From Nitrospirota bacterium (lineage in GTDB: Bacteria; Nitrospirota; Nitrospiria; Nitrospirales; NS-4), in the NCBI GenBank assembly GCA_963788195.1, contig CAWBGA010000012.1, positions 1 to 64,000 on the forward strand: a DNA stretch of 64,000 bases, written 5' to 3'. The number at the start of each line of letters is the position of its first letter. Position 1 is the stretch's first letter. The translations under genes and the position numbers were made by a program. The notes beneath the pieces are model-generated. The model saw only the letters and a program-made list of their open reading frames with translations, ran no database searches and was not told the DNA's origin. Positions 41,902 to 51,301 of this stretch are shown piece after piece.

Positions 41902-42000
41902 CAGGCCCACGGGCGAGACGAACTCGTCAGGGGACAAGGAATCTGTCTTGGCAGATTCCAGGGCGGGTGGGTGTAATGGCGAGTTCTGGGGTGGGCTGGG
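41902..42000 (+). repeat. Modular hairpin/G-tract repeat, locus 3
   Basis: 41902-41986 aligns ungapped with the reverse complement of 9702-9786 (69/85 identical by my count); hairpin GGAATCTG-TCTTGG-CAGATTCC at 41938-41959. Confidence 0.88.
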
Positions 42001-42043
42001 TGTGGTGGCGAGCAAGCTTTGCTTGGCGGGCCGGTGAAATATC

Positions 42044-42648
42044 ATGTTACGAGTCGGACTGACAGGGGGCATTGCCACGGGGAAGAGTACCGTATCCTCG
42101 ATGTTCGTGGAGTATGGTGCTCATCACATTGATGCCGACACCTTAGCGCGTGATGCGGTGGCGCCAGGTCAGCCAGCGTTACGTGAGATCGTTGCCGCCT
42201 TTGGCCCTGGCATGCTCCGCGCGGACGGGACACTGAACCGTGACCGGCTCGCCGACATCGTATTCAAAGACCCAGGCAAGCGCGAGCGGCTGGAAGCGAT
42301 TGTCCATCCCTACGTCTTTGCCGAAGAAGAACGCCGTTATAGCCAAATTGCCGAACAAAATCCCGCGGGCTGTAGTCCTGTTTAACGCCGCTTTGCTCAT
42401 TGAGACCGGAGCCTACAAGATCGAAAGATCGGGTTATTGTAGTGACAACCGACGAGCCGACGCAGCTTGCGCGGTTGATGGCGCGCGATCATCTCACAGA
42501 GTCACAAGCTAGAGCACGGATTCGGGCGCAGATGCCACTCAGCGAGAAAATCAAAGTGGCGCACTACGTGATCGACGGTGGCCTACCCATCGAGCAGCTC
42601 AGAAAGGAAATCGCACAGATCTCTACGGAACTAAAGCAACTGGCCTGA
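42044..42648 (+). CDS. coaE: Dephospho-CoA kinase (frameshifted)
   Basis: VGLTGGIATGKSTV, DAD, LEAIVHP, RIRAQMP. Confidence 0.92.
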
Positions 42649-42722
42649 TCATGCTAGAGTCAGCAGGAGATTGTCCAGTCTCGACAGACTACGTGTAGGT
42701 TTCCGTACCGCGGTTAGGACAG

Positions 42723-43715
42723 ATGGATATGGTTATTAGCTTACGTAAATTTTTAATTCCTGTACGTATCGTTGGCCTATTCCTATTCGTAGTGGGCAGC
42801 GTCGCGTTTGTTCCCTCTTCGTCTAACGTAAAGGCTGATCCTGTCAGAAATAAAGCCGTCAACGTCAGGGAGATGTCCGTTAAAGAACTATCCGACCTGG
42901 GGGAAGCACTGGTTTTCGGGGCGGTCGGGGCCAGCGGCACGCGAGGAGCGGTTGGGAAGGCTCAGTGCACTCTCTGCCATTCATTTCAAGAAGGAGTACT
43001 AAGTGATCGAGCCCCGAATTTATGGGGAATTCCGTTTAAAATACGGAACAAGGAAAACGCATTGGAATATCTGGCCGAATCACATGTCTGCCCAAGCTGC
43101 TATGTTGTCGGCGGATTTAGTCATGGTACCAGGGAGTCGGAGAGCTCAATGCCAGCAGTCCATAAACCTCCGATCAACCTAACTATTGATGAACTAATTG
43201 CAATCGATACCTGGATCTACCACAGGGAAGGCATAATCCCCCCGACGCCGCAAGAAATCGAACAAGCTTACAGAAAATTTATTCCAGAATCTGAATGGCT
43301 CAACGCGAGCAGGGACCCGAAAATTTATCCTGCCCAGCTCCGTGCTCCTTCATATAGCCCTCCAAAGCTGACCGGCCTTGAGCCTATCAACGAGATTTTC
43401 ACTCATGTCTTGTGCTTTGCGTGCCACACAATACCAGGCATTCCGAACTCAAATGGGATAGTGGGTCCGGAGCTAGTCATGAAGACCAGTGCTCCCAAAC
43501 GACTTATGGATCCAAAATATAAAGGGAAGGCAACGAACATCCGCGAATACGTCATTGAATCAATTCTCGAGCCGAGTATCTATGTGGGCGACGGCTACCC
43601 GGACAATGTGATGCCGACAGACTATAAAAGTAAACTTAACAATCTCACTCTTGATAAAATGGTCGATTACCTGTCGCAGTTGGAGGAAGGCAAAGAGCCG
43701 CCCCAAACCCAGTAG
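42723..43715 (+). CDS. Periplasmic diheme c-type cytochrome (Nitrospira-type)
   Basis: N-terminal signal/TM segment, CTLCH and CFACH heme motifs, ESHVCPSCYVV, ESILEP...MP. Confidence 0.8.
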   Translation: MDMVISLRKFLIPVRIVGLFLFVVGSVAFVPSSSNVKADPVRNKAVNVREMSVKELSDLGEALVFGAVGASGTRGAVGKAQCTLCHSFQEGVLSDRAPNLWGIPFKIRNKENALEYLAESHVCPSCYVVGGFSHGTRESESSMPAVHKPPINLTIDELIAIDTWIYHREGIIPPTPQEIEQAYRKFIPESEWLNASRDPKIYPAQLRAPSYSPPKLTGLEPINEIFTHVLCFACHTIPGIPNSNGIVGPELVMKTSAPKRLMDPKYKGKATNIREYVIESILEPSIYVGDGYPDNVMPTDYKSKLNNLTLDKMVDYLSQLEEGKEPPQTQ

Positions 43716-43782
43716 CAGCGCTGTCCAGCAACTTCCGTCATCCACCGTGCATTCTCACCGAGTGCTGTGTTAGATTTCCTGC

Positions 43783-44704
<922 letters not shown>

Positions 44705-44782
44705 TCCACCGCGATTCAGATTTCCGCAAAGAGAGGAGTTCAGAGTCCCTTCTCTTGGCGGAAGCGGGACAAAGGCAGCACC

Positions 44783-45943
44783 ATGTACTACGTGATTGCC
44801 CATTATCACGAGCTTGCACTCAAGGGACGGAACCGGCCGTTTCTAGTGGACCGACTTGTGCGAAACATGCGTCACGCTCTCAAGGGACTGGGCGTGCTTC
44901 AGGTGGAAAGCATGGGCGGACGCATTCGAATGTCTCTAAAGGACATCTCGCAATGGCCCGCGATCAGATGCCGGCTGAACGAGACTCTAGGCCTGGCCAA
45001 CTTCGCTCCGGCGCTGTGTATTCCCAGCGATATTGAGTCCTTGAGCGCGGCCGTGTGCGAGTCTGTAGAAGGCCTTTCGTTTCACAACTTTCGCATCACG
45101 ACCAAGCGCGCCGAGAAGACCTACCCGCTGACGTCAACCGAGGTCAATCGCATCGTCGGAGCGGCCGTCGTGGAACGCACGGGCGCCGACGTCAGTCTTC
45201 GTGACCCTGAACTCAACATCTTCATTGAGATTGTCGGCGCTCAGGCCTACTTCTACCATGAGCGTTTTGCCGGAGCCGGAGGTCTTCCGGTCGGCATGTC
45301 GGGTCAAGTCGCCTGCCTCCTATCCGGGGGAATTGATTCGCCGGTCGCTGCATACCGCATGATGAAGCGCGGCTGCCGGATCGTCTTTATCCACTTTCAC
45401 GGTCATCCGTTCGTCAGCCGTGCTTCTGCAGATAAAGCCGAAGAATTGGCGCGTCATCTCACCCGACACCAGTATTACTCCAGGTTGTATCTTGTTGCCT
45501 TCGGGGACATCCAGCGGCAAGTGGTTCTATCGGCGCCACCGCCTTTACGGGTCGTATTGTACCGGCGGCTGATGGTCAAGATTGCACAGGAGCTGGCATG
45601 GTCCAACAAATGCTGGGCGCTGCTCACCGGAGATAGCCTAGGCCAGGTTGCCTCTCAAACGGCAGGCAATATAAGTGTGGTGGATGAAGCCGCCACCCTT
45701 CCTTTCTTGCGCCCGCTGATTGGGATGGACAAGATCGAAATCACCAACCAGGCTCAGAAGATCGGAACGTATGAGACTTCCATTGAGCCGGATCAGGACT
45801 GCTGTAAACTATTTATGCCGACGAACCCTTCCACGCACGCCAATCTTGATCAGGTACGAAGGGCGGAGGCAGCACTCGACGTAGATACGTTGATAAAGCA
45901 CGCCCTTGAAAAAACCGACCTTCGCGAGTTTCACTTCCCTTGA
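44783..45943 (+). CDS. thiI: tRNA 4-thiouridine synthase ThiI (no rhodanese domain)
   Basis: ELALKGRNR, THUMP region, LLSGGIDSPVA, GDSLGQVASQT, RPLIGMDK, DCC. Confidence 0.93.
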   Translation: MYYVIAHYHELALKGRNRPFLVDRLVRNMRHALKGLGVLQVESMGGRIRMSLKDISQWPAIRCRLNETLGLANFAPALCIPSDIESLSAAVCESVEGLSFHNFRITTKRAEKTYPLTSTEVNRIVGAAVVERTGADVSLRDPELNIFIEIVGAQAYFYHERFAGAGGLPVGMSGQVACLLSGGIDSPVAAYRMMKRGCRIVFIHFHGHPFVSRASADKAEELARHLTRHQYYSRLYLVAFGDIQRQVVLSAPPPLRVVLYRRLMVKIAQELAWSNKCWALLTGDSLGQVASQTAGNISVVDEAATLPFLRPLIGMDKIEITNQAQKIGTYETSIEPDQDCCKLFMPTNPSTHANLDQVRRAEAALDVDTLIKHALEKTDLREFHFP

Positions 45944-45957
45944 AATCTTGTCACGTG

Positions 45958-47022
45958 TCAATTTTCCATGAGCGCCCAAATCGGCCGCTTGGGGGAAGGA
46001 GGGAGGGGAGGGAATTTTGAATAGCCGACTCTGAAAAAAGCGATCGCTCTTTCCTTTTCACGAAGAGTGGGCCATTTTTCTTTAAAAAAATTGGTGATGC
46101 GTGCGACCTGTTTGATTTCTTCTGGTGAAAGTCCCTCACTCCCGCGCGCTTCAATTGTCATAAAATCCAGGGCCGCGAAGAGGGGCTGGAGTCGCGCATT
46201 TTGACTCTCAAGCGTGAGCCATATACGTTCAAATATTCTGCCACCGACCAGTGCGCTTTTTCTGCGGTCCGGATTGGATGGAGCCGTGAGCAAACACAAG
46301 GCGCCCGAAGAACGAATAACTTTTTGGGTATTCTGCGAAGCCGTCATCCCGAGCACGTGGTAGAGCACCGGGAACCGCTTGGCTAAGCCCAGGAGGAATA
46401 CCAAAAATGGCGCTCGTGCGCCAAGTCCCAATGAATACAGCGGTAATCCGTCAGTTGAAGGAATACGCTTATCGACACGGAGCATAGAAACTAAATTATC
46501 GCGCAGGAGGGCGTTACTCCACAAAACTCGATCAACCGAACTTAAGTGTTGAGCCGCAACCTCAAGTTCTTTTTTTTCTTCGATAAAGTAAAGCATGTGA
46601 CCGGCCTGTTTTGCCAGAGTCTCGAGGGAATTCTTCAGCACCGGGCTGAGCGGTCTTTTGTCGTAGCCGCGCCTGTCGGCCGCACGCTTGGAGATACTCT
46701 CATAGAGAGAATCAGAGGAAGGTAAAGACGAGGGTGTGAATGCCAGCGTCAGATGCAAGTCTCCGGAAAAGGATTCTTGTACCTCAGTAGAGAAACCCCA
46801 AAAAGAGGCGGCTTGGGCGATATTTTCCACACACATTCCCAATCCTATAAAGTCGAATTCACCATCGGTATTATAGAGGGCAGTGCGCGTGCTTCGTTCT
46901 ACGTCATGTATGACGTCGATCTTTTTTTCTCGAACGCGTAGTTTCCACGGTTGGGAATTATCGGCAGAGGGCGAACAGCGGCCCGCTTCTAAAATCTTGT
47001 CCATGACGTCCATGTTGGTCAT
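45958..47022 (-). CDS. Nitroreductase-fold (Acg/Rv3131-like) FMN-binding protein in an AT-rich insert
   Basis: SPSADNSQPW, G...ENI..AA, ISKRAADR, GRIFERIWL, FRVGY; composition differs from the flanks. Confidence 0.75.
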   Translation of the reverse strand: MTNMDVMDKILEAGRCSPSADNSQPWKLRVREKKIDVIHDVERSTRTALYNTDGEFDFIGLGMCVENIAQAASFWGFSTEVQESFSGDLHLTLAFTPSSLPSSDSLYESISKRAADRRGYDKRPLSPVLKNSLETLAKQAGHMLYFIEEKKELEVAAQHLSSVDRVLWSNALLRDNLVSMLRVDKRIPSTDGLPLYSLGLGARAPFLVFLLGLAKRFPVLYHVLGMTASQNTQKVIRSSGALCLLTAPSNPDRRKSALVGGRIFERIWLTLESQNARLQPLFAALDFMTIEARGSEGLSPEEIKQVARITNFFKEKWPTLREKERAIAFFRVGYSKFPPLPPSPKRPIWALMEN

Positions 47023-47146
47023 ATTCTAAGCTAGTTCAGTTAAGGTATTTTAATTAGTTTACGTGTGAAACGCAAACCGATTCTCTCATGCGAATGAATC
47101 TTTGCCTCACGTTGTATTAAACAGCACGAAGGGACGAACGTGTCCT

Positions 47147-48835
47147 CTAGAGCGCCGGTTGCGGGCGCCGCGAACTCAAATAGGACGCCATGTCGTCGGC
47201 GGGGAGTGTATTAATGATATCCTCCGCGCATAATCCGCCTTTTCGCGCCACGTTCACTCCCAAAGGGACCGTCTTCAGTGCCTCGGTACTGTGGGCATCC
47301 GGGTTGATGCTGAACTTCACGCCTTTCTCCTTGGCGTATCGGCACAGCCGCCAGTCTAGTTCCAGCCGGTGGGGGCTTGCGTTGATCTCAATCACCTTGT
47401 CGTTTGCCGCCGCAGTGTCAATCACTTGTTTCATGTCCGCCCGGTACCCATCTCGAGAAAGCAGCAAGCGACCGGTGGCATGGCCGAGCATCGTGACATG
47501 GGGATTCGATAGCGCGCGGCAGATCCTGCGGGTCTGATCTTCTTCGGAGAGGTTGAAACGGCTATGGACCGAGGCGATGACGAAGTCGAAGGTTCCCAAC
47601 ACCTCGTCAGAATAATCCATGGCGCCGTCCGGAAGGATGTCGGCTTCAATGCCCTTAAAGATCCGGATTTCCGGCAGTTTTTTCTGAACGGCATCTATCT
47701 CCGCACGTTGCGCCAGAATCCGGTCCTCCTTGAGGCCTCGCGCATAGAAGGCCGCTTGGCTGTGATCGGAGATTCCGATATACCGATAACCAAGATCCCG
47801 CGCCGCCGCAGCCATGTCCGCTACCGTCGCCGCCCCGTCACTGTAGAGCGTGTGGGTGTGAAAGATGCCTTGCACCTGTGAAGCCTCCACCAGCGTCCCT
47901 AGTTGCCCTGACTGCGCCAGTTCGATTTCACCATGGCCTTCACGCAACTCGGGGGGAATGAAGGGAAGGCCTGCTGCGGCATAAATGGCTTCTTCTGCGA
48001 GAAATGCGGCGGGGGTAGCGATCCGATTCAGCACCGCCTGCACATGCGTGGACTGCCCGGTGGCACGGAAGAGCGCACCGCCGTAATCGGAAGGATCAGC
48101 CACGAGGATCTCCAGAGGCAGACCCTGGGGAGAAGAGGCCGTGATCAAAGCGCGGTCCTTTTGTGTTACCTGCGTTATGCCGGAAATGCCGGCAAGCAGC
48201 CGCGCCACGGAGACGGTCGAGGAGCAAGCCATCACCATGCACAGGTTCTGCAACACTTCAGTCTTCCGTCTCAGATCCCCAGCCAGATCGGCCTGTTTTA
48301 CACCTGGCAGACTCCGTACGACCCCGAGCAGGTCCTCCGCCTCCGCAATAGCGACCGAAGTCAGTTGAAAGCCTTTATGCCGTTGGAATTGCCGGATTCC
48401 CGTCAAAATTCGCTCCTGTCCTTTGAGACCAAAGCCCGGTAGATCCACCAACCGATTTTCGATGCAGGCGTACTGTAGCTCCCCCAATGAGGTAACGCCG
48501 AGTTGTTCGTGGATCACCTTGAGCTTCTTGGGGCCAAGCCCGGAGATGGCCGCGAGCTCAAGGAGGCTCGCGGGAAACAAAGCAAGTAATTCCTCATGCA
48601 GACGACAGCGGCCGGTCGTAATGAGTTCCGAGATCGTGGCGGAGAGCGTGGGGCCGATGCCTTTCAGTTGACCTAAGCTCTCCGCGCGGACGAGGTCGGC
48701 AGGATCCTGAGGTAGTTTCTGCAGAATTTCCGCGGCGTGGCTGTAGGCTTTGGCCTTGAACGGATTTTCACCTCTGAGCTCGAGGAGAAACGCCATTTGT
48801 TCCAGTACACGGGCGATATCAAATTTGGTCATCAT
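47147..48835 (-). CDS. polX: Family X DNA polymerase / PHP-domain protein
   Basis: GENPFKAKAY, GLGPKK, FIPPELRE, PHP motifs HTHTLYSDG, SDHS, SVH, NPDAH. Confidence 0.93.
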   Translation of the reverse strand: MMTKFDIARVLEQMAFLLELRGENPFKAKAYSHAAEILQKLPQDPADLVRAESLGQLKGIGPTLSATISELITTGRCRLHEELLALFPASLLELAAISGLGPKKLKVIHEQLGVTSLGELQYACIENRLVDLPGFGLKGQERILTGIRQFQRHKGFQLTSVAIAEAEDLLGVVRSLPGVKQADLAGDLRRKTEVLQNLCMVMACSSTVSVARLLAGISGITQVTQKDRALITASSPQGLPLEILVADPSDYGGALFRATGQSTHVQAVLNRIATPAAFLAEEAIYAAAGLPFIPPELREGHGEIELAQSGQLGTLVEASQVQGIFHTHTLYSDGAATVADMAAAARDLGYRYIGISDHSQAAFYARGLKEDRILAQRAEIDAVQKKLPEIRIFKGIEADILPDGAMDYSDEVLGTFDFVIASVHSRFNLSEEDQTRRICRALSNPHVTMLGHATGRLLLSRDGYRADMKQVIDTAAANDKVIEINASPHRLELDWRLCRYAKEKGVKFSINPDAHSTEALKTVPLGVNVARKGGLCAEDIINTLPADDMASYLSSRRPQPAL

Positions 48836-48963
48836 ACTTGATCGGCCCATAACCCATAGATTGTCGAGTTTCAATATACAAGACATGGATATGATCAACA
48901 ATAGCGATGCGGGGACTGGATCGCATCGTTGCGGCTGCTTTGAAAAAACTGCTAGCATGTTGG

Positions 48964-49344
48964 ATGCCTCGACATTGGCTGGCATGGTATTTCATTGTAA
49001 GCATAACTTCGCTTTCGCTGAGTACGGATGCGCAGGGCCTGGGGCGGGATACGCAAACCTCCGCATCGTGTCAGATCGGAGGGATCAAGAAGGGGATCAC
49101 GGGCAAGCAGTGTGATGTGCCGATTCCCCCCGCTTGCAAGGTCGCAACGAATGTTTCCACGCAGACCCGTTGGACCGATATCGAGAAGTCCGGCGGCATG
49201 TCCTGCCGATTTGATCCGAAGCTCACCGACTGGAAGACCCGCATCACGGGTTCTTGCTCAAAATGCTTGGCCAGGCAGTGCACGGCGAAGTTCACGGTGT
49301 ACTTCGACTGTCCGCAATCGCCCAGTACTCCAAAGACGCCATGA
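48964..49344 (+). CDS. Small secreted Cys-rich protein
   Basis: Signal-like N-terminus, 8 Cys, stop overlaps the queG start (ATGA). Confidence 0.6.
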   Translation: MPRHWLAWYFIVSITSLSLSTDAQGLGRDTQTSASCQIGGIKKGITGKQCDVPIPPACKVATNVSTQTRWTDIEKSGGMSCRFDPKLTDWKTRITGSCSKCLARQCTAKFTVYFDCPQSPSTPKTP

Positions 49345-50285
49345 CCCTGACAGAACAGATTAGGCACGAAGCGAAGCGACTGGGCTTTGACGCTGTCGGA
49401 GTCAGTCGTGTGCCGTCAGACCCGCCTGAAAGAGCGCGCCTCAAGGAATGGCTCGCTCGCGGGCATCAGGGGGAAATGACCTGGATGGCCCGGACGGAGA
49501 GAAAACGAGCCAATCCCGCGCTCCTGCTTCCGGGTGTTCGATCGATCCTTTCCGTCGGGATGAACTATTACACCGGTCCAGACCCCGACAATTCCCCGGA
49601 CCACGGCCGCATTGCCCGTTACGCGTGCGGCGACGACTACCATCGGGTGTTGGGCGAGCGCTTGGCATCCCTCGCCGAATTCATGGACCGGACCGCGCTG
49701 GATTCGAAGAACCGGGCGTATGTCGATACCGGTCCGGTCATGGAGAAGGCTTGGGCGCAACGGGCGGGTCTGGGCTGGATCGGAAAACATTCCAATCTCG
49801 TCTCGCGGCAGTATGGCTCCTGGCTGGTATTAGGTGAGGTCCTCACGACTGCGGCGCTTGATCCCGATGCACCCGGTAGTGATCTCTGCGGAAACTGCAC
49901 GCTGTGTATCCGTGCCTGCCCCACAGGAGCCATTACGGAACCCTATGTCGTGGATGCCCGGCGCTGTATCTCGTACTGGACCATCGAGCAAAAAGGCATG
50001 CTTCCCGAAGAGCTTCATGCGGCTGCCGGTAATAAGATCTTTGGCTGCGACGATTGTCTGAATGTCTGTCCTTACAATCGGGAAGCGAACGCGACGAGCG
50101 AACCCAGATTCTCGAGTGCGGGGGCTACCGTTCATCTCAACTTACAAACGTTGGCGCAGCAGAGCGCCGAAGAGTTTCAGGCGGCCTTTCGAAAGAGCGC
50201 CGTGCGACGGGCAACGTACGAGGGACTCCAACGCAGTGTCACCGTGGCGATCAAGAACGCTGCCCTGCGCTCTGACGAAGCATGA
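49341..50285 (+). CDS. queG: Epoxyqueuosine reductase
   Basis: IARYA.GDDYH, VDTGPVMEK, GLGWIGK, CGNCTLCIRACP, GCDDCLNVCPYN. Confidence 0.93.
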   Translation: MTLTEQIRHEAKRLGFDAVGVSRVPSDPPERARLKEWLARGHQGEMTWMARTERKRANPALLLPGVRSILSVGMNYYTGPDPDNSPDHGRIARYACGDDYHRVLGERLASLAEFMDRTALDSKNRAYVDTGPVMEKAWAQRAGLGWIGKHSNLVSRQYGSWLVLGEVLTTAALDPDAPGSDLCGNCTLCIRACPTGAITEPYVVDARRCISYWTIEQKGMLPEELHAAAGNKIFGCDDCLNVCPYNREANATSEPRFSSAGATVHLNLQTLAQQSAEEFQAAFRKSAVRRATYEGLQRSVTVAIKNAALRSDEA

Positions 50286-51301
50286 TGCCATCTTTTTCAA
50301 GCCATTTGGTGAACCCGCCTTTCGGTGATCCAGGCTTGTACACCGAGATTCGCTCGGCCCGCCGCGCGCTCCTGTTTGATCTTGGAGACAACCAGGCGCT
50401 GACTGCCTCGCGCCTGTTGCGAGCAAGTGATGTCTTCATCTCCCATACCCACATGGATCACTTCATCGGCTTTGACCGACTGCTGCGCATTGCGCTCGCG
50501 CGAAGCCAGGCCCTCAGGCTCTACGGACCACCCGGCTTGATCGAGAACGTCGCGGGTAAGTTGCGTGGATATACCTGGAATCTTGCCGACGACTATCCGC
50601 TCGAGATTGACGTACGTGAGTTTCATGACCGGCAGGTGCGGCACACACGCTTTCTCGCCCGGGAAAGGTTTCTTCCAATCGAAGGTCTTCCCGAAATCCA
50701 CGACGCCCCGCTTCCGTTTCCGGTCATGCTAGACCCTATGTTCACTGTTTTTGCCACGTCGTTGAATCATCGGATTCCTTCCTTTGCCTACGCGCTGCAG
50801 GAAAAGTGTCACATCAATATCAACAGGGAGCGCTTACACGCCGCCGGGCTGCCTGTCGGCTCTTGGTTGAAGGATGTGAAGCAGCATCTTTGGGACGGCC
50901 GCCCCGATGCCTACCAATTCACAGCGACGCTATACTTCGAGCACCGCAAGGAAGAGCGGAGGTTTGTCTTGGGCGAGCTGCGCGATAAGTTTGTGACCAT
51001 CACGCCCGGCCAGAAGCTCGCCTATGTGGTGGACGCTCGCTTTGACGATGAGAACGCGGCGAAAATCGTAGAGATAGCTGAGAACGCGGACGTCTTCTTT
51101 TGCGAGGCGACCTACCTGGACCGGGAAGCGGAGAAAGCCTGTGAGCGCTATCATTTGACGGCACGCCAAGCCGGCCTATTGGCACGAAGGGCAAACGTGC
51201 GTGAACTGGTAGTCTTTCACTTTTCGCCGCGTTACATGGGCCAGGAGGATCTTCTTTATCGGGAGGCCAAGGACGAATTTACGCAGGCGGGTCACCATTG
51301 A
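50282..51301 (+). CDS. Ribonuclease Z-like metallo-beta-lactamase
   Basis: LVNPPFGDP, LFDLG, SHTHMDHFIG, HLTA, FHFSPRY. Confidence 0.82.
   Translation: MMPSFSSHLVNPPFGDPGLYTEIRSARRALLFDLGDNQALTASRLLRASDVFISHTHMDHFIGFDRLLRIALARSQALRLYGPPGLIENVAGKLRGYTWNLADDYPLEIDVREFHDRQVRHTRFLARERFLPIEGLPEIHDAPLPFPVMLDPMFTVFATSLNHRIPSFAYALQEKCHININRERLHAAGLPVGSWLKDVKQHLWDGRPDAYQFTATLYFEHRKEERRFVLGELRDKFVTITPGQKLAYVVDARFDDENAAKIVEIAENADVFFCEATYLDREAEKACERYHLTARQAGLLARRANVRELVVFHFSPRYMGQEDLLYREAKDEFTQAGHH

Noticed and set aside
45953..47144. ACGTGTC at 45953-45959 and 47138-47144 as a target-site duplication
   Set aside because: Only 7 bp, a similar word occurs internally (~47061), and there are no terminal inverted repeats or transposase, so it may be chance.
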